The position numbers were made by a program, and so were the translations under genes. The notes under the pieces are model-generated. The model searched no databases. It had not been told where the DNA came from and saw nothing but the letters and a program-made list of their open reading frames with translations. From assembly GCA_965202585.1 (NCBI GenBank), contig OZ241826.1:96534001-96598000 (forward strand): DNA of 64,000 nt, in the 5' to 3' direction. This document shows, piece after piece, positions 63,647 through 64,000 of the stretch. Within the stretch, counting starts at the first letter, position 1; each line of letters opens with the position of its first letter. Source of the DNA: Thalia democratica (Eukaryota).

Positions 63647-64000
63647 CAGGGGTCAACAACCTTTTAAAGGTTGTGTGCCGCACTATACAGACAAAAATGT
63701 ACTGCGGGCCAAAATAATTAAATATACTTTTAGGAATCATCACAAAAATACTATTTTAAAGTAAAAAATTAATTGATAAAAAATAAGCAATAATAGAGTT
63801 CTAGTAATAAATAATTATTAAACTAAAGTTCTAATTCAAAGCATTTATCACATTTTTTTCTTTTTTTATATATTGTTACAAAATCGTTTTATCTTTCTTC
63901 TTCATTCTTTAATTTAGATGCTAAACTTAGAAAAAAATAAAAAATCATTTCCAGAGAACATAATAAAAAATTTTAAAATAGTATATAAAAATAAATGAGA
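63647..64000 (+). mobile_element. hAT (Charlie-type) element left end, runs toward the window edge
   Basis: CAGGGGTCAACAACCTTTT terminus plus gtgccgcac and gcgggcc subterminal motifs; partner TIR not in window. Confidence 0.6.

Noticed and set aside
1-64000. CRISPR arrays, rRNA genes, telomeric repeats, intact tRNAs
   Set aside because: None seen; no regularly spaced repeat-spacer structure.

Overview
Very AT-rich (roughly a quarter GC, estimated by eye) animal-type nuclear DNA with spliceosomal introns; taxon not determinable from the sequence. No prokaryotic features or CRISPR arrays. Contents: (1) a minus-strand multi-exon gene (about 3.2-15.1 kb, possibly to 19.6 kb) I cannot name, encoding a predicted transmembrane helix and a C-terminal CaaX (CAIL), with one frame-preserving exon carrying an in-frame TAA; (2) a divergent plus-strand multi-exon gene (20.5-32.7 kb), unnamed, weakly REC114-like; (3) two tandem, partial, intron-retaining RPL7A (eL8) pseudogene copies (42.9-47.2 kb) whose introns carry box C/D snoRNA-like elements, one with a 28S-complementary guide and one resembling U24/SNORD24; (4) a Penelope-like retroelement with an open RT + GIY-YIG frame (48125-50191, minus), a decayed 5' region and a hammerhead-like core at its 3' end; (5) many non-autonomous DNA transposons (hAT, Tc1/pogo-type MITEs, a foldback), tRNA-derived SINE-like heads, CRE-bearing repeats and local duplications. 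Gene models were assembled by hand from splice signals and phase compatibility; homology statements come from recalled family sequences, not from searches.
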